Of a DNA stretch of 64,000 bases, positions 54,866-63,801 are shown piece after piece. The stretch is from a virus. The DNA lies in the IMG/VR virus record IMGVR_UViG_3300027896_005002, positions 187,488-251,487 of that record; one strand, given 5' to 3'. The notes beneath the pieces were generated by a model. It was not told the DNA's origin. It did not search any database and was given only the letters and a program-made list of their open reading frames with translations. Positions within the stretch are counted from its first letter, which is position 1. The number at the start of each line of letters is the position of its first letter. Position numbers and translations under genes: made by a program.

Positions 54866-55660
54866 TTAGAATACTTCGTTCAACTTACGAAGTAAATCTT
54901 TTTCAAACATGTTAGCATTAGCAGTGATAGATGATTTTTTTTTATTATATTCAGAGAAAAATACGTAGACAAGTTTAGTAATGTTGTTCCATATCTTATT
55001 ATTTTCATTCCAATACCATATACCTCGTTCTGCATCATCTGAAAGTTTTCCAATTTCACAAATATCACCAATTAGTAATCGTATGTTAGTACCAAAAATG
55101 TATAAAAGCTTAAAACAAGAGCTTAATTGTATTTCTGAAAATAAATGATAATTTGATAATACTTTTAAAATATCTAAATCTTCACCTAGATAATGATATC
55201 GTCTACGGAGCATCCTTACTGTAAATTGTCCATAACCTGCACATAAATCATGAGTTGTTAATTCAGGTTTTTTCCATTCATCTTCAGATATTTGATCAAG
55301 CATTTCGTCAACAAGCCATAAAGGTGTAAAAACTTCACCATGTTTATCAGATTTTTCTTTATTTGTAATAACTTGTAAATGATGTTCTTTAGAAATAGGA
55401 ATTAGAGAAAGATCACCCTTAAGATTGGCAACTTCTAAAAATCTAGATTCCATCTGACACAATAACTGTTCTTGAATCTTATTCTTACAAACACCATCAC
55501 CATCAATTTTATCATCATCTACTACTTCTTCAGTATTTTCTATTATATTATAATGATGTTTCTTAATAAAATCTTCTGTTGCTTTTCTAGAACAAATAAT
55601 TTCTTTCTCACTTACTTTATCAAACCCATTAAAAGAAAAAACTTTAGTCATACTTAACAT
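54866..55660 (-). CDS. Putative SAM-dependent (N6-adenine-type) methyltransferase N-terminal-motif protein
   Basis: FTPLWLVDEMLDQI...HDLCAGYGQFTV resembles motif X plus motif I (FxGxG) of gamma-class N6-adenine MTases; no NPPY seen in this ORF. Confidence 0.4.
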   Translation of the reverse strand: MLSMTKVFSFNGFDKVSEKEIICSRKATEDFIKKHHYNIIENTEEVVDDDKIDGDGVCKNKIQEQLLCQMESRFLEVANLKGDLSLIPISKEHHLQVITNKEKSDKHGEVFTPLWLVDEMLDQISEDEWKKPELTTHDLCAGYGQFTVRMLRRRYHYLGEDLDILKVLSNYHLFSEIQLSSCFKLLYIFGTNIRLLIGDICEIGKLSDDAERGIWYWNENNKIWNNITKLVYVFFSEYNKKKSSITANANMFEKDLLRKLNEVF

Positions 55661-55842
55661 CTTTCATCTATATGAACATTTATACTTCCTTCATGTTTCA
55701 TTTTTGAATTTTTAACATCTTTAAAATGTTCAGAAAGTTGATAATGAATATCATCAATATCTTTTGCCCAAATTGTTAAATCCGCTGAAAAATTATATTT
55801 AACATTTCTTTCAATTGGATCTTTTGATGCTTCATTTAACAT
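55654..55842 (-). CDS. Hypothetical small protein, 62 aa
   Basis: ORF only. Confidence 0.25.
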   Translation of the reverse strand: MLNEASKDPIERNVKYNFSADLTIWAKDIDDIHYQLSEHFKDVKNSKMKHEGSINVHIDERC

Positions 55843-55908
55843 GTTGTTTTCTCCAAAATTTTTAATGCAATAAGTTCTTCATATGATATAAATTTCTCAT
55901 GTAAACAA

Positions 55909-56118
55909 TCATTTTTTATCAAACCAATTAACCCAAATGCCGGGAGATACTGAAGGTATATATTGATGATATTTAACTACAGTAACTTTGACACCAATAT
56001 AATCAATAACTATACCGAGTTCAATTTCTGATGTAATTTTTTTACATCTGTATAGTAATTGTTCTTGTATAAGTTCTGTTATAGGTTGTCGTTTTGGTTG
56101 TATTTTAAAGAATTTCAT
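55909..56118 (-). CDS. Hypothetical small protein, 69 aa
   Basis: ORF only. Confidence 0.25.
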   Translation of the reverse strand: MKFFKIQPKRQPITELIQEQLLYRCKKITSEIELGIVIDYIGVKVTVVKYHQYIPSVSPGIWVNWFDKK

Positions 56119-56352
56119 AATTTACTTCCGCAAATAGGACAATTATAGTCTACTGTTAGCCTTGATAAACGTAATAAATCCATCATTTTTTAGCAGACTC
56201 GCAACACGTTTTAGTTGCAGCGTCAGGATGTCCAGTAATATAAGTCCGAACTTCTGCAATTGCTTCATGATATGATATACCAACATGATCATCTACTAAA
56301 CTTTGTAAAGTTGCCAAAGCTATGTATCATATATACCTTTTTTATAAACAGA

Positions 56353-56757
56353 TTAAATATGCAGATTATTCAGCAACGATCCCTTTACCTCACAATCAAT
56401 ATCTTCATATAACTCAATTAATGACAAATAAGTTTTTGGCACATCTTTTAAGTCTTCATCATCATCGTCACTATCATCATCTTCAAATTCATCTTCGTCT
56501 TTTTCATTACTTAACAATTGTGACTCATTACAATTTGGACATGAAAGTTCTGAATTTACTTCACCAGACATATTTACTATAGAATATCCATGACCAGGTA
56601 CTTTAATAATAATTGCTGTATAGCCTTCACCATTACCTTTTGGTTGAACAGCAATAACAGTGCCTGATCCGAAATTTTCTTCCAATTCAACTTCAATATC
56701 ATTCACTCTTGACTCTAAATCTTTCAATTCTGAAAGTAATTCTTTTAATTCACTCAT
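56353..56757 (-). CDS. Acidic protein with CPNC motif and poly-Asp/Glu tail, 134 aa
   Basis: DEDEFEDDDSDDDDEDL tail; N-terminal coiled coil. Confidence 0.4.
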   Translation of the reverse strand: MSELKELLSELKDLESRVNDIEVELEENFGSGTVIAVQPKGNGEGYTAIIIKVPGHGYSIVNMSGEVNSELSCPNCNESQLLSNEKDEDEFEDDDSDDDDEDLKDVPKTYLSLIELYEDIDCEVKGSLLNNLHI

Positions 56758-56990
56758 GTTGTTTTGCCTTCTTTCATATATATGTGAGGTTCAATACGTA
56801 AAGGTCCCATTTCCAATGCAGCATGAAATTCAAGTTGTTTACCATCTTTTAAATCAATGACTATTGAATCTATTTCATTAAAACTTTTATTATGAAAAGT
56901 GTAAGTCACTGAAATAATATCGTTTTTATTTATACATCTACCAACTTTAGTCGATATTAATTTTAATGGATTCTTTTGTGTCATATTCAA
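56754..56990 (-). CDS. Hypothetical small protein, 78 aa
   Basis: ATGA-overlap chain. Confidence 0.3.
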   Translation of the reverse strand: MNMTQKNPLKLISTKVGRCINKNDIISVTYTFHNKSFNEIDSIVIDLKDGKQLEFHAALEMGPLRIEPHIYMKEGKTT

Positions 56991-57208
56991 TCTTCCATTA
57001 CTTTAAAATGTTTATCAAATAATATTTTTCCTAAAGCAGTACCTTTTTCTGTACGAAAAATATCACCATTCTTCAAATTTTTACGATCATAATTTTTGAT
57101 TTCATTTACAATAAGTATTACATTACTATCAAAAGAAGCAGTCTCAAATTCAACAAATGAGCCAATCTGATATTCATCTATAGATTCAATACATGTTGCA
57201 AGTTTCAT
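56987..57208 (-). CDS. Hypothetical small protein, 73 aa
   Basis: ATGA-overlap chain. Confidence 0.3.
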   Translation of the reverse strand: MKLATCIESIDEYQIGSFVEFETASFDSNVILIVNEIKNYDRKNLKNGDIFRTEKGTALGKILFDKHFKVMED

Positions 57209-57906
57209 ACATCGTCCGGTCTTACTCTTAGAGGTGTCACTAAATCGTATTTCATTTTTTCATTTAATTTCATTTTTATTATTTCACAATTTTTTGGCGT
57301 CTTATATTTGTCAAAATCCTCAGCATGCCAGTGAAACCAACGCATTAAAAATGCTTTAATTGTTAATCCATGACTTACAATTACAGTATAAGGTGGATAA
57401 TCTTCTTTTTCAAAATCTCTATGTAAAGTGTCAATAAAAGTTGTTATTCTGTCGTAAACATCAGCACCGGATTCACCATTTGGCATTCTGTAATAAAAAG
57501 ATCCAAATCTTTTTCGTTCTTTTTCAATTTTTAAAACTAAATGATCTTCAGCATAATTGCCCCATTCTTGTTCTCTTAATCTGGGATCCTCATAAATTGT
57601 TCCACCTAATATATTTAAAAATTGAGCAGTTTGTCTAGTTCTATACCAAGGTGAGATATAAAACATTGGTTTTACAGATTGTATTTGAAATCCAGGATAT
57701 CCAGAATATCCAACCATTCTAGTAGCACCAGGATCTATATCTTTTGCAATATCATTACATAATTCTTTGGCAGCACAAATTGCTTGACTTTTTCCATTTT
57801 CCGTAAGATTTACTTTCCAATCAGGCATAATTTTATATAATGATTCATCAACATTGCCTTCAGATTCACCATGACGAATTAAATAAATAGCTTTTGGTTT
57901 TGACAT
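57205..57906 (-). CDS. Histidine phosphatase superfamily (phosphoglycerate-mutase-like) protein
   Basis: AIYLIRHGESEGN (RHGE catalytic motif), downstream His in VSHGLTIKAF. Confidence 0.65.
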   Translation of the reverse strand: MSKPKAIYLIRHGESEGNVDESLYKIMPDWKVNLTENGKSQAICAAKELCNDIAKDIDPGATRMVGYSGYPGFQIQSVKPMFYISPWYRTRQTAQFLNILGGTIYEDPRLREQEWGNYAEDHLVLKIEKERKRFGSFYYRMPNGESGADVYDRITTFIDTLHRDFEKEDYPPYTVIVSHGLTIKAFLMRWFHWHAEDFDKYKTPKNCEIIKMKLNEKMKYDLVTPLRVRPDDV

Positions 57907-57912
57907 TAATAC

Positions 57913-58140
57913 TCATTTCTTTTCCATTTTTAATAAATCAAAAACATCTGCTCCACAGCCTATACATTTATTATCTTGTGCCATTGCAGATGCACCATCA
58001 CGACAAATACAAGGTGTCATTTCAGATTTTGCTCTCGGACATTCTGCTTCTTTTCCTGTTCTTTTTTCAATCAATGTTCTTAAAATATTTGCAGGATTTT
58101 TATTATAATCATTATCTAAAACTTCATCCCAACATTCCAT
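57913..58140 (-). CDS. Cys-rich small protein; possibly the 3' part of a frameshifted gene with 58116-58457
   Basis: Its reading frame stays open upstream (…WCENRKFDVTHDDCMECWDE) into the 3' end of the preceding ORF. Confidence 0.3.
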   Translation of the reverse strand: MECWDEVLDNDYNKNPANILRTLIEKRTGKEAECPRAKSEMTPCICRDGASAMAQDNKCIGCGADVFDLLKMEKK

Positions 58141-58457
58141 ACAATCATCATGAGTAACATCAAATTTACGATTTTCACACCATTAGGTCCTCGACAATTA
58201 TGTTCTGAACCTGGAGCAACTGACATTTCCCAAGTCGGCAAACATGTTGTTGGTTTATAAAGTTTTTGACCAATGTTTATAATTCTATCACCTTCCCAAG
58301 TTCCTTGTCCACATCTTGCAAAGAATAAAGAAAGTGTCATGGACATATGACCCTCAAGGTACTTACATCCATGACATGTATATCCTTTTGCAATTTCTTT
58401 TGGACGTTCTTGTTTAATAGACTCTGATCCAAAAACCTTTTGCAAAAAATTAAGCAT
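58116..58457 (-). CDS. Cys-rich protein (CHGCKYLEGH...C...C...C), possibly the 5' part of a frameshifted gene
   Basis: Overlaps the next ORF by 25 nt in a different frame; the joined product would be about 190 aa and Cys-rich throughout. Confidence 0.3.
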   Translation of the reverse strand: MLNFLQKVFGSESIKQERPKEIAKGYTCHGCKYLEGHMSMTLSLFFARCGQGTWEGDRIINIGQKLYKPTTCLPTWEMSVAPGSEHNCRGPNGVKIVNLMLLMMIVWNVGMKF

Positions 58458-58458
58458 A

Positions 58459-58749
58459 TTAGTTTTCTTTCAGTTTGACGACATCAATAAGAAACTTTTT
58501 ATACAATCTATCAAAATGCTTATCATTAGTAAAAGGACTTGCTCTACCAGATGACAACTTATGAAATAATTGCGTCACGAAAGTGAAACAAAAACTATCA
58601 TCACCAACACTTATATCACAATGAATATTGTTTTCATCTACAAAATCAAACAAAGCAATAATTCCTGTTCCACTACTACTATGCAGAGTAAAACCTCGTG
58701 TCATCATCAAACTTTTCATATTACTAACTATTGTATCAAATTCATCCAT
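58459..58749 (-). CDS. Hypothetical protein, 96 aa
   Basis: ORF adjacent to the recombinase gene. Confidence 0.35.
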   Translation of the reverse strand: MDEFDTIVSNMKSLMMTRGFTLHSSSGTGIIALFDFVDENNIHCDISVGDDSFCFTFVTQLFHKLSSGRASPFTNDKHFDRLYKKFLIDVVKLKEN

Positions 58750-61157
58750 TACATCCTCAAACTTTTCTTTTTCTTATCTTTTTTATCATCCGCTTCTTTT
58801 TTTTCTTCTATTTCTTCACCAACTTCATTTGGATCTGCAACTGCTGAATCTGGAACTTCTTCCTCTATAGTTTCTTTCTTTGTATAGAATTTTCCATCTT
58901 TGATCAAACATTCAACCGTTTCCTTAAGTTTTGGCTTTTCTTCTAGAATAGTGTAAAATTTCTTTTTACCAAAATCTTTAATATCATCATACATCTTTTC
59001 ACCAGCAGTATTAACAAAATTATACCTTGTTATTGTCTTTCCATCTTTTTCTACATCAAACTCTTTTATAATACCGTTCATCAGAGCAACACTGAACATT
59101 TCCTGTTCATTGTTAACACCGGATCCATCATGTCTCAAAGTAAAGACAATTGCATCTTCAGGCATTGAACCTGCTTTATTTTTATCAAAAGTGACTTTAA
59201 CATCATGTGAAAGTACATTGCCAACTTCATCTCTTACTTCAGACTTCCAGACTTTAGCAACTTTTAGAGCAATTGTATTATAGAATGGTAATGCATTTCC
59301 ACCAGTACGATATTCCGGCGAGTTGTGAACAACAACTCCCGAAAAATCACTACTGGAACCAACCATATAAGTATTTACTGGTGTTTGAATGTCGTACTTA
59401 GTTAAACATTTTGCTTCTTTATCAGATATTTCACAAATCTTCAATACTTTAGTATAAATTTTATCTCTTTTAACTCTTTCGATATGTTTTAATTCTTGAT
59501 AATTATTAATATGTTCATCTAATAATTTGTATTGCATTTCAGGAATAACAAATTGACAAATTAGTTTACTAAAATAATCAATATTAATAATTTTAAGTTT
59601 AAAATGGCCTTCAGTATCTAATTCAACATCAACATCAAATTGTTTAAATTTTTTAATTAATGACTCAAACAATTTAATTTGTACATTAGTATCAAGATAA
59701 TCGAATCTTCTCATTGAAATACTAGCTTTTTGACGTTCTTTCCAAATAGATCCATCATCTAAATAAAATATAGCTAAGCCTAATAAATCAACTTTGTCAA
59801 TAATCTCAGAAGTAAAAGACCTATAATGTTTGCCTGAATTTTTAAATAATTTTTCACTATAATCATTTTCATAAAAATGTTTGTAATACTTCAAAAGAAA
59901 CATTTCTGATTCTGTTCTAAAAGAATTTTTTCCTATTGAATAAAATTTTAATGATTTTAATTGTTTAATTTTCCACATTAAATATTCAGGTTGTTCAGAA
60001 TTAGCAAATGAAATTGAAGCAGATAAACATCCTCTAGTTTGCATAAATCCGTCAGCTAACATTGATCCTATTAAAATTTGTTCTTCTTCATTTGACAATG
60101 GATTATTACAATAACTTAATAATTCATCACCAATTGCTAAATTTTGAGCTTCTACCCAACCATTTTTTGTAAAAATTTTATGATTTCTAGTACAAATTAA
60201 TTTTTGATACATTCTATGAGTTGGTACTTCAAAACATACTTTTATAAACTCTGACCTATCTGCCATTCCATTATTGTAATATTCTAATGGTTCGAATTCG
60301 TCAAATGTATCTGTCTTTTCATTATAAGAAACCATAGTTTCTTTTATTTTATGTTTTACAAAACTACTAGATGAATAAATATCATTAGTAGTATGAATTT
60401 TTGTACTTGCATGCATACAACCAAACATTTGATTAGGATTTTTTCGAAGTTGGTTGATGAAGAATAGAATTGTTTTTGAATCAACATCAAATCGAGCCAT
60501 AGCGGATGACACTTTCTTCAAGCCCAATCCAATTGCAGTAGCTTGTGTCCCGCGTTGCCTTGTTTCATTCATTCCTTTAGTGGCATCAACTTGAGAGACC
60601 ATTTGTGTTACACTATCAAAACCGATGATAGCATAATTTCCAGGTGCTGTTACTTTTACAACATTGCCTGTTTTTGCATCAACTTCATGTTCTCCTAAAA
60701 TTAAACTGTGAGCAATATCAAAACCTTCTTCAGCAGTCGATATTGGTATCACAATCAATTTCGATATATCAACTCCCACTGATGCTGCCCATCTTGCCTG
60801 AAATTGAAACTGACGTTCAGCATCAATCAATACACATGGTCTATTAGGCCATCTTTTTTGAGCTTCTGCAAAAGCTAAATAAAGAAGTAATGTTTTACCA
60901 GCACCCTCCCAGCCAAAAACTTCAATAACAGCTCCGACAGGATAACCACCATAAGGACCAATGGCACTATTAAGTAAAATTGAACCTGTTGATATTCCTT
61001 CAGGTAAACTTTTATATTTCTCACCAGCTGGTTCAATACTTCGGCCAAATTTTTTCCTAATAAGTGATGCTGCATTTACAGTAATTGTCTTTTTCTTTTT
61101 AGTACCAATTTCATCGTCATCTTCTTCATTTTCAATTGTGGTATCTTCTTCAGCCAT
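58749..61157 (-). CDS. RecA/UvsX-family recombinase interrupted by an intein; acidic N- and C-terminal extensions
   Basis: Walker A VFGWEGAGKT, RecA-like CVLIDAERQFQFQARWAASVGVDISKLIV, L2 region TGGNALPFYNTIALKV; extein junction ...NQMFG | SPEYRTGGNA. Confidence 0.7.
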   Translation of the reverse strand: MAEEDTTIENEEDDDEIGTKKKKTITVNAASLIRKKFGRSIEPAGEKYKSLPEGISTGSILLNSAIGPYGGYPVGAVIEVFGWEGAGKTLLLYLAFAEAQKRWPNRPCVLIDAERQFQFQARWAASVGVDISKLIVIPISTAEEGFDIAHSLILGEHEVDAKTGNVVKVTAPGNYAIIGFDSVTQMVSQVDATKGMNETRQRGTQATAIGLGLKKVSSAMARFDVDSKTILFFINQLRKNPNQMFGCMHASTKIHTTNDIYSSSSFVKHKIKETMVSYNEKTDTFDEFEPLEYYNNGMADRSEFIKVCFEVPTHRMYQKLICTRNHKIFTKNGWVEAQNLAIGDELLSYCNNPLSNEEEQILIGSMLADGFMQTRGCLSASISFANSEQPEYLMWKIKQLKSLKFYSIGKNSFRTESEMFLLKYYKHFYENDYSEKLFKNSGKHYRSFTSEIIDKVDLLGLAIFYLDDGSIWKERQKASISMRRFDYLDTNVQIKLFESLIKKFKQFDVDVELDTEGHFKLKIINIDYFSKLICQFVIPEMQYKLLDEHINNYQELKHIERVKRDKIYTKVLKICEISDKEAKCLTKYDIQTPVNTYMVGSSSDFSGVVVHNSPEYRTGGNALPFYNTIALKVAKVWKSEVRDEVGNVLSHDVKVTFDKNKAGSMPEDAIVFTLRHDGSGVNNEQEMFSVALMNGIIKEFDVEKDGKTITRYNFVNTAGEKMYDDIKDFGKKKFYTILEEKPKLKETVECLIKDGKFYTKKETIEEEVPDSAVADPNEVGEEIEEKKEADDKKDKKKKSLRM
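59322..60419 (-). mobile_element. Intein (366 aa) with double-motif LAGLIDADG homing endonuclease, inserted in the RecA-like gene
   Basis: Begins CMHAS..., ends ...VVHN followed by +1 Ser; LAGLIDADG motifs LIGSMLADGFM and LLGLAIFYLDDGSIW; boundaries checked on the DNA. Confidence 0.7.
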
Positions 61158-61243
61158 AATAAAATCTCCTTTTTAGGTTCAGATATGAAAAAGGATACAT
61201 TTTCATGTACCCTTTTTCTATTTTAATTTATATGCATTTAAAT

Positions 61244-62062
61244 TTATTTAATTACAATACCGTTTGGGTTTCCTTCAATAATTGTAAATGAACCAATTTT
61301 ATCCTTAATCTTTTCATATGTATCATACTTCTTAAACAATGCATATTCAGGATTTGCTCTCAAAGCAGATCCAATTTTAGTTATAGCTTCAACTTGAGCA
61401 AGTGCAGCAGCTTTCTGATTTTCAGCTTCCCAAACTGTTTTATCAACCTTTACATTTGATAATGTAACATTTTGAACTAATAAAGGAACGCCACTGCGCT
61501 TAAACATGCTAATTGCCATAGCACCTAATTGGTCATTAAGTTCTTTAAAATGACCATACATATAATTTACATCTGTCTGTTGTTGTATGATACTTCTTAT
61601 ACCTGACCGAACATCCATTTGAGCCATTCTGCCATAAATATCATTAACTGTAATTTGACTAACTCTATTACTAGCATCACCAAGTTTTACGGGTGTTATT
61701 TGAGCAAAAATTGCATTTCGTTGATCAGCTTCTTTTGGCACCATCATACGTACATAAACATCAACAGTAACTGGTGTACGACCGACAATAATTCGATGAT
61801 CTTCACCTTCTTTTTCTGTTGATTGTCCAAAAGATTCTTTTGTAGAAACTGATGTTGCTTCAAGAAGTACTAATGTAGTATAAGTACCGTCACTGGCCTG
61901 TTGACCAATATCAATTTGACCTGCTTCAAGAATTCCTTTATCCCAACCTGAAGGTGTTAATTTTTTACCTACAAAACCTGCAGGAATTTCTCGAACTATA
62001 TTTGTACAACCAATTGCAAAAAACATGCTTGCAATAACTATTAATTTGAATAGCATTTTCAT
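61244..62062 (-). CDS. SPFH/band-7 (prohibitin-like) domain lipoprotein
   Basis: Signal peptide with lipobox MFFAIGC (L-A-I-G-C); SPFH-like core with C-terminal Ala/Glu-rich helix (EAENQKAAALAQVEAITKIGSALRANPEYALFKK). Confidence 0.5.
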   Translation of the reverse strand: MKMLFKLIVIASMFFAIGCTNIVREIPAGFVGKKLTPSGWDKGILEAGQIDIGQQASDGTYTTLVLLEATSVSTKESFGQSTEKEGEDHRIIVGRTPVTVDVYVRMMVPKEADQRNAIFAQITPVKLGDASNRVSQITVNDIYGRMAQMDVRSGIRSIIQQQTDVNYMYGHFKELNDQLGAMAISMFKRSGVPLLVQNVTLSNVKVDKTVWEAENQKAAALAQVEAITKIGSALRANPEYALFKKYDTYEKIKDKIGSFTIIEGNPNGIVIK

Positions 62063-62358
62063 TTTACATCCTTTTTTGAATTTTCAAGAACTTTATTTTC
62101 ATAATCATTTTGTGACTGTTTTGTGAAACTACGATCAATTTCGCTTTTAGGCAAATTATTTACGGAAGCTTGTGATGTCAAAGTAAATATTACCACAAAT
62201 ACAAATATGCCTAAAATTCCAAAAAGACTGTAATTCACATATTTTCTATATTGCTTTTCAACATTCTTTTTAGTAATAGCATAAATAATGAATATTACTA
62301 TTAAGAATGCTATTGACCATATAGTAGCATTTAAATTTAGTCTGATAAAATCTTCCAT
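62059..62358 (-). CDS. Membrane protein (2 TM), 99 aa, translationally coupled to the SPFH gene
   Basis: ATGA overlap; hydrophobic helices (possible NfeD-like partner). Confidence 0.4.
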   Translation of the reverse strand: MEDFIRLNLNATIWSIAFLIVIFIIYAITKKNVEKQYRKYVNYSLFGILGIFVFVVIFTLTSQASVNNLPKSEIDRSFTKQSQNDYENKVLENSKKDVK

Positions 62359-62371
62359 TGATTAACCTTTC

Positions 62372-63724
62372 TTAAAAAGGAACTTTTCTTTTTGCACCAC
62401 TATTATCTGTACCGGCTTTTCCCATTTTACCTGATTTGTTTTTTGCAGCAATAGCAATAGCTTTTTCTTTTTCTTTAATTGCTGCTTCAATTTCCGCACC
62501 GGTAGTTAAACCAGATGTATCAATTTCAAGTTGTTCCACTTTTTGTTTGAATTCTTTCCGAAGGGTCTTACAATCACCTGAAACTTTGCAATCTTTGCAA
62601 CCAACATCATCTGCATCATATGTTCCGCGACAATCCATATTTGCTAATACTATATCTTCATCATCATCTGATGCACCTTCACTTCTTTCATCTTCAGATT
62701 CCTCAGTTGGTGATGCAGCAAAAGCTTTATTTTCTTTTTGCTGTGCTTCTTTATCTTCATTATTATTATCATCGTCATCATCATCTGTCGGTTTCTTATT
62801 TGATGGTGGCGGTGTTTTATCATCAGTTGGTTTTGTGTTTGAAGGAGGTGGTGTTTCATCATCATCGTCATCATCTGGTTTCTTTGATGATGTTGTTTTG
62901 AGATTGTCATCATCGTCTTGAGCAGTTGTAGATGCATCGTCATCATCACTGCCGTTAGACTTTAACTGTTTTTTTAATTTTTTGAGATTGATACCATCAA
63001 GAGGAGGTTTTGCAACTTCCAATATTTCCAATAAATCATCATCACTTGTAAAGGTTCTGCATTTTTCAAGATCATAAGCAGTTTTTATAGCTTCAACTTC
63101 CTCATCAGTTAAAGCTCTTCTTTCCGGATCAGGAAGAATTGTATATTCTCTTTTGAGACCTTCACCTTCAACAGTTACAGTCAAATCATAACCACGTTTT
63201 CCAGGATCCGATGGATTTCCCCATTTAGAACTATTACCAAGTTCAATAATAGGCTTCCAAATTGACGGTCCGGCAACCAACCTTTTGATTTTGATTTTTT
63301 TATCTTCAGTTTTTTCATCTTGGCGATGAATGATATTCATGTCATAAGTTCTCTTACCACGAAGTTTACTGATTTGTTTTAATATTTTTACTACTTCAGG
63401 AGATTTATCAGTCATTCCATCTTCTTCTTTTAATCTGTAAACTTCTGACCATAACAAACTGACAAATTTACAAACAGTACATTTCTTATCAACACTATGG
63501 ACAATGGGTTTGTCCTTTATTCCTGTTTTGACAGGAATCCAGTGAATCATATACTTTACAAATGGTAACCCTCCCTTTTTAGTTGGCGGCAAGACTCGTA
63601 TTGTATGTTCTTTACCTTCTTCCCAAGTCATACCAACAATGTCTGATCGCCTGGTTTGCGAATTTTCTTCATATTCTCGAGCCCAGGGATTCGCGTCATG
63701 AGCCTTAGATAAGTTCTCGTCCAT
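62372..63724 (-). CDS. T4 gp32-like single-stranded DNA-binding protein with very long acidic, Pro/Asp-rich repetitive tail
   Basis: TIRVLPPTKKGGLPFVKYMIHWI...VDKKCTVCKF parallels T4 gp32 [23 protein letters not shown]...VCNVCAK (OB-fold core plus Cys/His zinc site); tail repeats ETPPPSNTKPTDDKTPPPSNKKPTDDDDDD; AAAGGAG SD. Confidence 0.4.
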   Translation of the reverse strand: MDENLSKAHDANPWAREYEENSQTRRSDIVGMTWEEGKEHTIRVLPPTKKGGLPFVKYMIHWIPVKTGIKDKPIVHSVDKKCTVCKFVSLLWSEVYRLKEEDGMTDKSPEVVKILKQISKLRGKRTYDMNIIHRQDEKTEDKKIKIKRLVAGPSIWKPIIELGNSSKWGNPSDPGKRGYDLTVTVEGEGLKREYTILPDPERRALTDEEVEAIKTAYDLEKCRTFTSDDDLLEILEVAKPPLDGINLKKLKKQLKSNGSDDDDASTTAQDDDDNLKTTSSKKPDDDDDDETPPPSNTKPTDDKTPPPSNKKPTDDDDDDNNNEDKEAQQKENKAFAASPTEESEDERSEGASDDDEDIVLANMDCRGTYDADDVGCKDCKVSGDCKTLRKEFKQKVEQLEIDTSGLTTGAEIEAAIKEKEKAIAIAAKNKSGKMGKAGTDNSGAKRKVPF

Positions 63725-63761
63725 TAACAGCTCCTTTGCTAAATTTTATTTACAACTAAAA

Positions 63762-63790
63762 TTGACAAAGTATAATTATTATTATAATAT
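63762..63790 (+). promoter_or_regulatory. Sigma-70-like consensus TTGACA-N17-TAATAT (also TATAAT at N15) on the plus strand, antisense to the flanking genes
   Basis: TTGACA at 63762-63767, TATAAT 63783-63788 / TAATAT 63785-63790; may be a chance match in AT-rich DNA. Confidence 0.2.
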
Positions 63791-63801
63791 GCCGATTAAC
63801 A

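Noticed and set aside
62436-62949. Three overlapping ORFs (both strands) inside the SSB tail region
   Set aside because: Products of the (GAT)n/(ATC)n-type low-complexity DNA encoding the acidic tail; poly-Ser/His/Met translations are not credible proteins
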